This document shows positions 1 through 13,505 of a stretch of 64,000 bases of DNA, one piece after another (the first letter of the stretch is position 1; each line of letters begins with the position of its first letter). The translations under genes and the position numbers were made by a program. Origin of the DNA: Octopus vulgaris (Eukaryota); NCBI GenBank assembly GCA_951406725.2, contig OX597840.1:4836001-4900000 (forward strand), given 5' to 3'. The notes below the pieces were generated by a model that was not told where the DNA came from, did no database searches, and saw only the letters and a program-made list of their open reading frames with translations.

Positions 1-63
1 AAGTCTTTAATGTTTCGGGCCTATGCTCTACTGCCGAAAGAAATGAGAATATATATACATATG

Positions 64-163
<100 letters not shown>

Positions 164-165
164 CA

Positions 166-377
166 CAGGAGTGGCTGTGTGGTAAGTAGCTTGCTAACCA
201 ACCACATGATTCTGGGTTCAGTCCCACTGCGTGGCATCTTGGGCAAGTGTCTTCTGCTATAGCCCCGGGCCGACCAATGCCCTGTGAGTGGATTAGGTAG
301 ACGGAAACTGAAAGAAGCCTGTCGTATATATGTGTATATATATATATATATATACACACATATATATATATATACAA

Positions 378-439
<62 letters not shown>

Positions 440-633
440 ATGTGTTTGTCCCCTTAGCATTGCTTGACAACCGATGCTGGTGTGTTTATGTCCCCGTCAC
501 TCAGTGGTTCGACAAAAGCGACCGATAGAATAAGTACTGGGCTTACAAAGAATAAGTCCCGGGGTCGATTTGCTCCACTAGAGGCGGTGCTCCAGCATGG
601 CCGCAGTCAAATGACTGAAACAAGTAAAAGAGT
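166..633 (+). mobile_element. tRNA-derived SINE family S1 (CORE-like block, internal TA/TG microsatellite)
   Basis: A box tggctgtgtgg, B-box-like ggttcagtccc, then cttgggcaagtgtc, and a gtaaaagag tail. Many copies in the window. Confidence 0.85.
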
Positions 634-903
634 ATATACACATACATACATATATATATATTCTGCCGTATATATATATGTATTTCTGCCGTAAGGCTTC
701 ATTTCCACACACGCCAGCTTAATTTAATTCGTCCTTAGTCGAAAGACACCTGTTGTTATGTCCTGTTATTATTTTTATTGTATTTATTATTGTATTTATA
801 TTTGTGTAACTTTGTCTGTTTTTTCCGTCCTTGTTTTTGTATACATTCGCTGCTTTCTTCTACTGAATCTAATGCTCTTAGCTTAGTTTTTCCTTGGGGC
901 TGG

Positions 904-1071
904 CCAGATTGGAGCAATCTCAAGAATAATCAGCCGAAATTGTGAGGATAATCTGGTGCTTGACTGAGGAAAGAAAACTTCGAATGACCAGATTGGAGCA
1001 ATCTCAAGAATAATCAGCCGAAATTGTGAGGATAATCTGGTGCTTGACTGAGGAAAGAAAACTTCGAATGA
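904..1071 (+). repeat. Perfect 84-bp tandem duplication
   Basis: 904-987 equals 988-1071; a diverged inverted copy lies at ~1270-1395. Confidence 0.9.
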
Positions 1072-1182
1072 CCCATCCTTGTTTTCTTTGTATCGTCTAT
1101 CTGGATGTTTTGTTGTCCTTTTTTGTATCACCTAACTGTCCGGATGTTTTGCGTTCTTGTTCCATTTTGAATTATGTATATA

Positions 1183-1266
<84 letters not shown>

Positions 1267-1394
1267 GTATAAAAATACAAACTGGGACAAGAAAGCAAAA
1301 CATTTAGGAGACGATACAAAAAACACGGATGGGACATTCGAAGCCTTCAATCTTCAGTCAAGAACCGGATCATCCTCGCAATTTCGGCTGATTA

Positions 1395-1430
<36 letters not shown>

Positions 1431-2437
1431 GTGTATTATGTATATGTGTGTGTGTGTGTGTATTATGTATATGTGTGTGTTTGTGTATTGACCAACAAGA
1501 AAAAGGAGATATTGAAGCAGTGTCTGTGTAAATTCTTATTGGCGTAATGCCCCTCCCATGACACAACAATCTATATATATACATATACGTACACACACAC
1601 ACACATATACACATATTATGTTTTTCATTACGTATGAGTCCCTTCCACCGCTTGTTGATAACCAGCGTTGGTTTGGTTATCTCCCCATAACTTAGTGGTT
1701 CGGCACAAGTGAATACTCTAATTAGTACAAAGCTTAAAAAATTATGCACTGGGATCGATTCGCTCGATCTAAAAACAAAAACAAAATACCTTGAAGGAAG
1801 GCGGTGTCCTAACATGGTCGCAGTCCAATGACTGGAGCAAGCAAAAGATACAAAATAAAAGTAAAAAATTAATAACCAAGAGCATGCAACACAATTAAAT
1901 CCGCCCTATATGGCATCAAAAATGTTCCATTAAACACGTTTTAATAAACTGACACAAATAATTAAATATTTAAAAATTTCAATGTAATTTATTTTCTTTA
2001 ATCAATAACAAAAAACAATTTATTAATGGTTTAACTTGTTTTTACGTGAATCACGCATTTGCTTACATATGCATTTTTATTTAATTTATCATTTTTTTTT
2101 TACAAATGATATAAAAATATGTTCATGTATTTTTGTTGTAACTAAACGAATGCCTGTGATCCGTCATTAATAAAATATTTTAAAAACGCATTTCCTTTTT
2201 TTAATTTAAAATCGCTACAAAATTCTAATTTATTTATTTATTTATTTATTTATACATTCTTTCATTTATTTGTAATGAGTATGTAGCAGGCATAACTGTT
2301 TTGTAATTTCGTAACCACGTTGTTTGGAGTTCAGTTCCACCGAGCATGGTTCCCACTAGTTTATTATAAATGTACCAGTCTCTTTCCAGCCTTCTGTTTT
2401 GTTATACATACATACATACATACATACATACATACAT

Positions 2438-2478
<41 letters not shown>

Positions 2479-2893
2479 TAGACAGACAGATAGACAGACA
2501 GATAGGTTGATAGACTATTAAATAGACAGATAGATATACACACACACGAGTGACTTCGTCTATAGCTCTTGGCCGATTAATGTCTTGAGAACGAATTACT
2601 GATTACACACACATATAGTTATACACACACACATACACACACACACACAAGCAACATCATCATCGTCATGTTGAAACATTAATTCCCTATACATTTTGTG
2701 TCACTCTCCATTTTGTTTTCTCTTAATACATTCTGACAAAGAGCATAGGCTCGAAGCATCAAAAACTTTTCCATTCTTGCTGAGCGTTAAACTAATACAC
2801 GTGCTCGTTGTTCCTTCACATGTTTCCTTCTATAGAGAGGGAGAGTGAGCGAGAGATAGAAAGAGATAGAGAGAGGAAGAGCGAGAGAGAGAA

Positions 2894-3470
<577 letters not shown>

Positions 3471-3762
3471 TCTGTATGTAAGTATAACAAAACAGAAGGC
3501 TGGAAAGACACTGGTACATTTATAATAAACAAGTGCCCCAGCATGGCCGCGGCCTTCGGGCTAAGAGATTTTTAAGGATTTAAGTGGGACCCATGAATAT
3601 TTCATGGAATTAATACTCTTTTACTCTTTTACCTGTTTCAGTCATTTGACTGTGGCCATGCTGGAGCACCGCCTTTAGTCGAGCAAATCGACCCCAGAAT
3701 GTAAAGCTGGAAGAAATTCCGCTCAGAAATGTCCGCTCAGAAATGTCCGCTCATTGCGTTTC

Positions 3763-3821
<59 letters not shown>

Positions 3822-3882
3822 AAGTAGTAACAGCAAGAAGTATACTGATAATTTCACTCTTAATGTTGGTATGTTTTTGCAG

Positions 3883-4009
3883 TGGATATCTTGGTCCCGG
3901 AGGAATAAGTGAAGGTGGACAGTACTACAACTGCACCGGCGGTGCAGCGCAATACGTGGATAAAATGGTGTTAGGAGAAAGTCATCTCTATCAGCATCCG
4001 ACAATCAAG
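3883..4009 (+). CDS. HGSNAT: HGSNAT coding exon (first visible in window): [42 protein letters not shown]
   Basis: ttttgcAG acceptor (3881-3882), GTaagg donor (4010); 127 bp, phase 2 start. Peptide matches the HGSNAT motif GYLGPGG..NCTGGAAGYID..HLYQHP. Confidence 0.95.
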
Positions 4010-4217
4010 GTAAGGGTACAGGTTTTTTCTATGGTTATATATATGTACATATGTACCATGTGTGTATAACATTTATGACGAAATTAAGCAACGATGAAGA
4101 CAGTAAAAACAAATTGCATTTATTAGTTTAAACACTGAATTGAAAGATCAAGAAAATGGACGTGTTTCTACGTTTCGAATTTAAGTTATTCTTCAGAAAT
4201 TTACATCTTTAACTTGA

Positions 4218-4608
4218 GCAGGAGTGGCTGTGTGGTAAGTAACTTGCTTACCAACAACATGGTTCCGGGTTCAGTCCCACTGCGTGGCACCTTGGGCAAG
4301 TGTCTTCTACTATAGCCTCGGGCCGACCAATGCCTTGTGAGTGGATTTGGTAGACGGAAACTGAAAGAAGCATGTCGTATATATGTATATATATATGTAT
4401 GTGTGTCTGTGTTTGTCCCCCTAGCATTGCTTGACAACCGATGCTGGTGTGTTTACGTCCCCGTCACTTAGCGGTTCGGCAAAAGAGACCGATAGAATAA
4501 GTACTGAGTTTACAAAGAATATGTCCTGGGGTCGATTTGTTCGACTAAAGGCGGTGCTCCAGCATGGCCGCAGTTAAATGACTGAAACAAGTAAAAGAGT
4601 AAAAGAGT
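4218..4608 (+). mobile_element. SINE family S1
   Basis: Full-length homologue of 166-633. Confidence 0.85.
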
Positions 4609-4848
4609 ATCCTAGATACCATATCCAAGACATTTGGTCGCGCTTAAAACATGGTTGAGCTCTTTGTCTGCATAACAACGCAGAAGACTTCGGAAGAGAA
4701 AAATATCATATAAAATACTTTTCAAATAAATATCGTTGATAAATAGATCGAAGAAATTTCATAGTTCACGCAACTCGGCAGCATCTTTACCCTCCCATGC
4801 TCTTTTAAACAAGATGTCACCAACCGATATCTAGTAGAGCGATAGATA

Positions 4849-5511
4849 TGTTTCTTTATTAGCCACACAGGGCTGAGCACAGAGGGGACAAATTACAAAG
4901 TAGAGCTTTTCTTTTTGGGGAGAAAAAAATATATAAATAAATAAAAAGGGGGTAGGATTTTGATCAAAAGGGATCGTAAAAAGAGAGAAAAAAACGATCA
5001 ATAGGGATCGTGTATCACAGAAATGTCATGATGTAAAGTGTAAATGAGGAAGCAGATAACGTTTATCCATGGAAAGAAGAGCCTACGGAAAAGACCATGG
5101 TAACCTCGGTCAATAATGTCACATGTTAACACATTTATCTGTTTTATGAAGTTTTCCGGGATCATAGGATTATGCTCAAGGTGGCTTCGTCATTCATACG
5201 TGCCATCCTTGCTAAATTCACCCATCCTTTTTTGCAACATTCACTAGACAAAACTTGCCTCTCTACTCTCACTTTCCTTTTCAATTGATACTTAAAGAAG
5301 TTGATAAGAGATTGACCAGAGAGGAAAGTGTTTGTCTCCAATCCTTTCAGACGCGTCCACCAGAGACATTCTTTCGCCATAGCCACAAGGATGATGAAAA
5401 TAGCTCTTCCTTCCCGTTTGCAGGAAGGAGGCGTGACGATAGATTCAGCTGATAAACCGACTCGTCCCACATGTGACAGCAGTCGTTCGACATAAGCCCA
5501 CAGGTCGGAAA
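4849..5511 (-). mobile_element. 3' end of a Tx1/L1-like LINE (ORF2 C-terminus + 3' UTR) at (TATC)n
   Basis: Peptide ..AIFIILVAMAKECLWWTR..INFFKYQLKRKVRVERQ..KGWV.. resembles the Tx1-type C-terminal region. 3' end aataaagaaaca-tatctatc; 5' junction in a GATA repeat. Confidence 0.7.
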
Positions 5512-5808
5512 GATAGATAGATAGATTGATAGATAGATATTAATTTAATCAAAAGAAATGCATTTGTTGATACCATCAAGAGCCTCGTTCCTTTATTCTA
5601 AAATCCTACCTAGCAACTGGGCTACGGTAAAACCGGGAGTAAGGTAAGACTGGAAGTATTAGATGTCAGTACATTGGAAATGAGCCGCTGCTGCCAACTC
5701 TGTTCGTCTTTAAAAAGGGCTACAGGAGAAAATGAAAAGCAAAAGAAAGGAGAATGGTCAGCTATGAGTTGTGAGAGATGGTATTTTTTTGGTGCTTAAG
5801 TAGTCATA

Positions 5809-6113
5809 TCTTTATATATAAAATTGAAGTTGTGTGTGTGAGACTCTGTCTCCTCCGATTTAGATTCCTAACTACTCTCACATTTTGCGGTGCAGTTTAA
5901 CCAAAAGCGGGTATCTTATAGTCGTCATTCATATCGAGCCCTTCTGGGTATTAGCGCGCGTCTACGATGAGATTACGATTAAAAAAAAATTACCATCATT
6001 TTTCCGCATTTTTAATGATTTTTGCTCGGGTTATATAAGGGAAGTAACTCTCCAAAAATGCTTATATAGTTATTTCCCTTACAAACCCGAGCAACGCCGG
6101 GCGATACTGCTAG
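5809..6113 (+). mobile_element. Non-autonomous Helitron
   Basis: 5' TC; 3' hairpin cccgagcaacgccggg followed by CTAG; inserted between A and T with no TSD. Confidence 0.85.
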
Positions 6114-6384
6114 TTGTGAGTAAAGGATTTATCTCAAAGAGAAGGTTTACTGTTAATGAATATTTCGAAGTATAAGCGACGATGCAGAAAGTCCGAAATG
6201 CGCGTGTGTATTAAAATATATATGTGCACGTGAGAGTGTACGTATGTGTATATGTGTGTGTGAGTACGTATATGCATGTACGCGCATGTGTGCATGTATG
6301 CATCTATATGTATATATTTATGTATGCGTCTATATGCATATATTTATGTATGCATAAATGTATATATGCATGTGTGTGCGTATG

Positions 6385-6416
<32 letters not shown>

Positions 6417-6420
6417 TGTA

Positions 6421-6585
6421 CTTTATTTAAAGCAGCAGAAAATTCAACAAAACCTGTTACTCTGAGTTTCACGTTTCCGTTCGTCGGACAGTTTTTGCTA
6501 GAATCTAGCAAAAACTGTCCGACGAACGGAAACGTGAAACTCAGAGTAACAGGTTTTGTTGAATTTTCTGCTGCTTTAAATAAAG
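6421..6585. repeat. Perfect palindrome, 82-bp arms with a 1-nt spacer
   Basis: Arms are exact reverse complements about position 6503. Confidence 0.95.
6511..6557 (+). ncRNA. Hammerhead-like motif with CCGACGA core variant (mirrored on the - strand at 6449-6495)
   Basis: aaaactgt-CCGACGA-acg(gaaa)cgt-GAAA-ctcagag-TA-acaggtttt. Confidence 0.6.
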
Positions 6586-6654
6586 CATATTACTCTACCA
6601 CTGGTATTTGAGTACTCTTTTTTCCACCTTGTTTCACATTTAGGTGTTTACTCC

Positions 6655-6744
<90 letters not shown>

Positions 6745-6781
6745 TCTGTTTATGTATGCGTATATGAATGTATATATTAAA

Positions 6782-7102
6782 GACTCCGCCGGTTACGACG
6801 ACGAGGGTCCCAGCTGATACGATCAACGGAACAGCTTGCTCGTGAAATTAACGTGCAAATGGCTGAGCATTCCACAGACACGTGTACCCTTAACGTAGTT
6901 CTCGGGGATAATCAGCGTGACACAGAGAGTGACAAGGCTGACCCTTTGAAATACAAGTACAACTCATTTTTGCCAGCTGAGTGGACTGGAGCAACGTGAA
7001 ATAAAGTGTCTTGCTCAAGGACACAACGCGTCGCCGGGAATCGAACTCACAACCTTACGATCATGAGCCGAATGCCCTAACCACTAAGCCACGCGCCCTC
7101 AC
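6782..7102 (-). mobile_element. SINE family S4: different tRNA head + CORE-like block + S3 tail
   Basis: Minus strand: gggcgcgtggcttagtgg..gagttcgattccc..gtgtccttgagcaagacac, then ~180 bp shared with the S3 3' half. Confidence 0.8.
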
Positions 7103-7239
7103 GAATGTATATATATGTGTGTGTTCAAGCACACAGACACATTCACATACACACACATATACATGGAGAGAGAGAGAGAAAGGGAGACAAAGGGAGAGAC
7201 GGAGGGGAGAGAAAGACTGAAATAGAGTAGCTATAGACT

Positions 7240-7304
<65 letters not shown>

Positions 7305-7404
7305 CTATCTACCTGTCTATCTATCTATCTGTCTGTCTGTCTGTCTGTCACTGTACCTCACTCGGATGACGCTATAGTTTGAAGCAGCTTCCTCATTCAT
7401 TGGC

Positions 7405-7438
<34 letters not shown>

Positions 7439-7758
7439 TATTAAGAATAGCAGCAGCAGCAGAAGCAACATTAAGCAGCAGCAAATGACGATAATGATGA
7501 TGACGATGTTGATAATGAAGATAACAATAAAGATGATGATGATATATGGTGATGCTGGTGGTAGTGGCGGTAGCGGTGGTAGTGGTGGTGACGGTAGTAA
7601 ATGGAATGATGATGATGATGATGACGACGACGATGATGAAAGTGTTGACAACTGCGACGAAAATAAAAATGACAACAACGACGACGATGACGACGATAAT
7701 GTTAACGACGCTGATGATATTAATGCTTTTCTCTTTTTTATTGTGTGTTTATTGGCAG

Positions 7759-7845
7759 GAAGACTACAAGACGAAGATTCCTTTCGACCCAGAAGGTATT
7801 CTAGGAATACCAACGTCAATATTTCTCTGTTTCCTCGGCTTACAG
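7759..7845 (+). CDS. HGSNAT: HGSNAT coding exon: EDYKTKIPFDPEGILGIPTSIFLCFLGLQ
   Basis: ggcAG acceptor, GTcagt donor; 87 bp, phase 0/0. Contains the conserved DPEGILG motif. Confidence 0.95.
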
Positions 7846-8047
7846 GTCAGTTTATTCATTCCCAGACATCGTGGCAGCCATATTAATCAGATCGCCTCCA
7901 GCCACCATCTGCATATTAACCATTTTTGCTGTTTGTTTACCAGCTAAGTGTTTTTAAATGTAAAACTGTTGTCATTGGTTGCATTGAAGGCAGGTGTTCT
8001 ATGTGTATTTATAGGTCTAGTGCATATATGTATGTATGAATGCCTGC

Positions 8048-8096
<49 letters not shown>

Positions 8097-8236
8097 GTGA
8101 TAAATAAAAATATATGCATACATACAAACATATATGTACGTACCTACATCTACATGTATATATACATGCACATATAAATAAATATACGTAAGTACAGGAC
8201 GCCACAACAAGACGTAGAAACGGGAAAAACAAAAAC

Positions 8237-8288
<52 letters not shown>

Positions 8289-9164
8289 ATGTGTGAGTCT
8301 GTGCTTTTATGTAAGAATTGCGTAACTATGTTTATAAGTATACTCATATAAGCACACACACGTGTATATGTATATATATATATATATATATAATAACAAA
8401 TTAATAAATAAAACATATGCATATATACATACATATATGTACGTACCTACATCTACATGTATATATATATATAATAACAAATTAATAGATAAAACATGCA
8501 TATATACATACATATATGTACGTACCTACATCTTCATGTATATATATATATATATATAAAATAACAAATTAATAGATAAAACATGCATATATACATATAT
8601 GTACGTACCTACATCTACATGTATATATACAAGCATATATGGGTACAGGACACCAAAAAAACGTCGAACACAATGAGAAACGAAAATATAAACACAAAAC
8701 CAAGGAAATGGACATTTTTCTTAAACAACGAAAAAATAGAGTACAGGACATACAACACGAGGAAAATTCCCCTTCTTCAGTTGCCTTTGTTTCATCTACT
8801 CCGCGTGTTGAAGGTCAAGGCGAGACACGACTTCGTTGAAACATTCCTTCCCGCAAAAAGCAAATTAAATAATATTTGAGATTTTTTTGCGGAGGGGTAA
8901 AAATGGTAACAAAAACAGGACAGTAAACACAGTACAAATTATAAACAGTAAAAGACAGGATAAGGAGAATAACAGTAACACAGACAATGAGGGCTGTTAA
9001 GCCAAACGAGAGAAAATATTATGAACGCTTGTTGAGAACGGCAGAGAGAGAGACACAGAAAAGCCGCCTACACTCGAGGGAAGCGAGGTCAGGAAAACAG
9101 TAGTTTTCTCGTCGCTGGTCAACGACGGGATAGAGGAGGAGTAAGAGAGAGGGGGAAGGAAATG

Positions 9165-9248
<84 letters not shown>

Positions 9249-9601
9249 GTACATATAAATATGTGTGTACGTGTGTGAGTGTGTGTGTATTTATGTGTAT
9301 ATATATATATATATAGCATTATCGTTTATATATTCTATTCTCCGCTGTCTTGAGTATTCTTATTTTCGTTTCAGACACAGTACTCTCTCTATATATACAC
9401 ATATGTACATATATACCCTACACCACCCCACACATACATATATTTATATATATTTACATATATAGTACACACATATGTAGATACATATATACATAAAGTT
9501 GTGCGTGTGTATACACGCTCACGTACACATGCTTACGCGCGTATGCACACATAAACACACATACGCACAGACTGAGAGGAAGAGAGAGAGAGATACATAC
9601 A

Positions 9602-9644
<43 letters not shown>

Positions 9645-9651
<7 letters not shown>

Positions 9652-11506
9652 GATCCCGTTCTGTGTGTTTGTGTGTGTGTATAAAAGATTATAACGGCCA
9701 TATTTTTCAACTGATTTTGTCCAAACTAAGAACATACATTAGTTATGTTCCAGGGATGATTTTAGACTCTTAAATGTTTTCACATAATGAGTAACGGGTC
9801 CTATGGGGGCAGAAAACACCCGTTCTTGGGTTAAGTGGAGAAGGGAGGTAACTCTTATCGAAGTAACTTTCAGAAATTGATTGTCTCACTTACATCTATT
9901 GGTCATTAAAAATATTGCTTCTTATATTAGATTCACCTCTTTGAAAGTTTTCTAAAATATTTACTTCCGATCTTCTATCGTCAGTGACGCCTACGCCTCT
10001 CTGTCTATATCTCTCTATCCATCTCTCTTTATCTATCTCTGTCTCTCTATATCTCTCTATTTATATCTCTCTATCCATCTCAATCTCTATATCTATCTAT
10101 TTCTCTGTATCTATCTCTCTATATCTATCTTTTTTGTCTAAGTAGCTATACTGCTCTCTCTCTCCCCTCTCTTTATATCTCACTCACTTTCTATTGTTTT
10201 TACTTTCATTTTTCAGACGCTATTGTTTTCAGTTTAAGCTCAATCGATATTGTTTTCACTGTAAGTTTTCAATCGCTATTTACAAACAACGACAAATTAC
10301 TGACAGGAAGAAGTTCACAATTACTGATGAAAGTAATTTCATACATAATTTACTGACATAAGTAACTTCATAAATTTCACTTAAATCCGTATACTTAGTT
10401 AATTTCCCTAAAAATTTCTTATTTAGTTTTGCAACGGTTTTGTGTTTTTCTGTTGTTAACGGCTTTTTTTCTAGTTCCTTTGATACTGGCTCTTTGGCTC
10501 ACTAAGTGACAAATTTCACTTCAACCCGTACAATTCTTTATTTTCCATAAATATTCCATATTTACTTTCTGCCCGTTATTTTGATAAATATAATTTCCGT
10601 TACCAAGTTATTTTCATTGTTTACTATCTTCTGCACCCATATATTTCTGTATGCGTAAATAACCATGCCTAGAAGGAAAGTGTCGAATTTTTCCAGGGAA
10701 AGAGAGACAGCTGCAGAAAGGGAAGCATACCAAGAAACGAACAGTCTGTGCACTACAAAAACTAGAGCATCTCAAAGTGATGAACAGAGGTATGCACGGC
10801 TGACAAAGAATGGGATCTTCATTGCAGAATGAAGAGCAGTTGCAACAGTTCAGAGAAGCAGCTTTCATTTATGCAGATGACACAAGAGTTTCCATTGGTG
10901 CAATGACAACTGAGTGCATACATTGTAAAGCAAAGAAGTGGCCTGGAGAGACACCTGTATTGTGCTGCAGTGGTGGAAATGTTAAACTCCCTGCAATCCC
11001 CCAACCTCCAGAGCCAATGAAGAAACTGTTGCCATCAACTGATCAAGATTCCAAGCACTTCCAAAACAAAATTTGACAATACAACGCTGCACTAAAGATG
11101 ACATCATTTGGAGCCACAAGAGATTTAACTGAGCCAAGATTCATGCAAACTTTCAAGATCCAGGGTCAGATTTATCATCGGATTGCCTATCTACTACCTC
11201 TGTCCAATGAATCAACAAAATCAGCCTTTCATTGTTTATAATCTGTACATGGTTTTTGGTTACGAAATAAGTTAGACAAAACGTGTTTTTGAATAACGTT
11301 TATTTACTTTATATACATATATGAGCTGTGAACTTTCTTTTAACATTTCACTTAACGTCTATGTTTCGTGTTGGCATGGGTTGGAGAGTTGTTAATGTAG
11401 AAATTTGGTAACTTAGCTAGTAGCAGTTGAGACCTAGGTAAGCTAGACGGCGTTTTTAAATTTCATTATTCTTTTTAACACGGGCAACGTCGGGTATTTC
11501 TGCTAG
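9645..11506 (+). mobile_element. Internally deleted Helitron with Rep/helicase N-terminal remnant
   Basis: 10810-11220 encodes CIHCKAKKWPGE..CCSGGNVKLP..SKHFQNKI*QYNAALKMTSFGA..TFKIQGQIYHRI. 3' cgggcaacgtcgggtatttctgCTAG. 5' boundary approximate. Confidence 0.8.
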
Positions 11507-11509
11507 TAT

Positions 11510-11550
<41 letters not shown>

Positions 11551-12408
11551 TGCATATATGTAAAATTATGTATGTCTGTCTTTATCTTAATCTATCACTG
11601 TTTTTGTCTGTTTCTCTCTCCCACTCTCCCTCTCTCTCTATCTATATCTATCTATCATTGTATGTTCATTACTCCGTTCTTTCCATAGTTCTTTAAAAAC
11701 ATAAGATAGTGTAAGCAGTAAATCAACAAATGAAGTAAAAAAAATATATATATTTTCGGCATTTTTTAACTCTCAAATCATTACATTTCGATAATTAAAT
11801 CAAAATTAATATTTCATAATTTGCTAGAACATTAATCTATAATGATATTTCTCCAGAATGTATGTAAACAGTATAAACTAACATATTCACAACTCATATG
11901 ATACTTGTTTCATTTATTGGACTGTGGCCAATTCACATATTATAAATATTTATAGGTTGCTCTTCAGCTCTATGTTCCTGTACTCATTAACGGTTTCGTT
12001 ACTTCTCTGTTATATACTTGCATGAAACTTACAAGTAACACTTCTGTACGTTTAATCTCATTATTGCTAGCTTTTATTATTTATCTCCTTGTTTCGGTCA
12101 CAGGACTGCGACCCGCTTCAAAATGATTTTTAGTCGAAAAAAATCGATTTTAGTGCTTCAAAGTTTTTATGAAGTCTGGTACTTATTCTGTCATTCTCTT
12201 TTGCCGAGCTGCTAAGCTACGGGAATATAGACAAACCAACACCCATTGTCAAGCGATGGCAATGGTGAGACAACCGTAAGCAACACAAAGACACACACAC
12301 ACATACACACACACTCATACACACACACATACACACACACATACACACACACATATACACACACATACACACACATACACACACATATACACACACACAT
12401 ACACACAC

Positions 12409-12457
<49 letters not shown>

Positions 12458-13135
12458 CATACATATACACACACTAATATATATGTGTGTGACGGTTTCT
12501 GTCTACAAAATTCCTTCACAAAGCATTAGTCAACCTGGGGGCTATTGTAGAAGGCACATACCCAAGGTGCCACAGAATGGCACTGTATTGTTGATGTCAT
12601 AAGAATTTATAAACTTTCGAGAAACGTGGAATTGTTCGTTTTCGGAATTGGTACTCGAAGTACAAAAGAAGCTGTGAATAATAGTTCCAAATTTTGGCAG
12701 ACGGGTAGAATGTTTTGTGGGGAGGGTAAAGTCGGTTGCATCGACCCCAGTACTTGAGTGTTTCTTATTTTAGCGAACGCCTAAATGATGGAATTTGAAT
12801 TCAGGACATAAAGACGGACGAAAAATGCCTAAGAATTTTGTACATGCGCAGTAATGAGTCAGCGAGCTTGCCGCCTCAATAATTGCAGCAAAAAATAACA
12901 ATAAGAACAAGAACAACAACAATAATAATGGATTCAAAATTTAGTGCAAACCCAGGAGTTTCAGGGAAGGGGCTAAGTCGATTTCATCGACCCCATTGCT
13001 TAATAGGTACTTATTTTATCGACCTCGAAAGGCAGAGCCGACTTCGGCGGAGCTTGAACTCAGAACGTAAAGATGGACAAAATGCTATTAGACATTTTGG
13101 CCCGGTGTGCTAACGATTCTGTTAGCTCGTCACCT

Positions 13136-13227
13136 TAATAATAATAATAATAATAATAATGACGATGATGATAATGTTAATGATAATAATAATGATAAAG
13201 ATAATAATAATAATAATGATAATGATA

Positions 13228-13258
<31 letters not shown>

Positions 13259-13260
13259 TG

Positions 13261-13295
<35 letters not shown>

Positions 13296-13296
13296 G

Positions 13297-13369
<73 letters not shown>

Positions 13370-13401
13370 TAATAGTAATAATAATAATAATAATAATAAT
13401 G

Positions 13402-13465
<64 letters not shown>

Positions 13466-13470
13466 TAATG

Positions 13471-13503
<33 letters not shown>
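13136..13503. repeat. (AAT/GAT)n microsatellite
   Basis: Direct reading. Similar tracts at 15577-15751, 18760-19120, 20122-21430, 25123-25300, 28598-28997, 33787-33933, 43557-43663, 46280-46749 and 59044-59310. Confidence 0.95.

Positions 13504-13505
<2 letters not shown>

Noticed and set aside
464-694. Recurrent short ORFs such as [11 protein letters not shown].. and MFIERKHLK.. as a small gene family
   Set aside because: They are translations of SINE S1 and S3 bodies.
13159-13503. Poly-Ile/Met N-terminus of the 748-aa ORF as a membrane anchor on an RT
   Set aside because: It is the flanking AAT/GAT target repeat read in frame. The element is 5'-truncated at ~13504.
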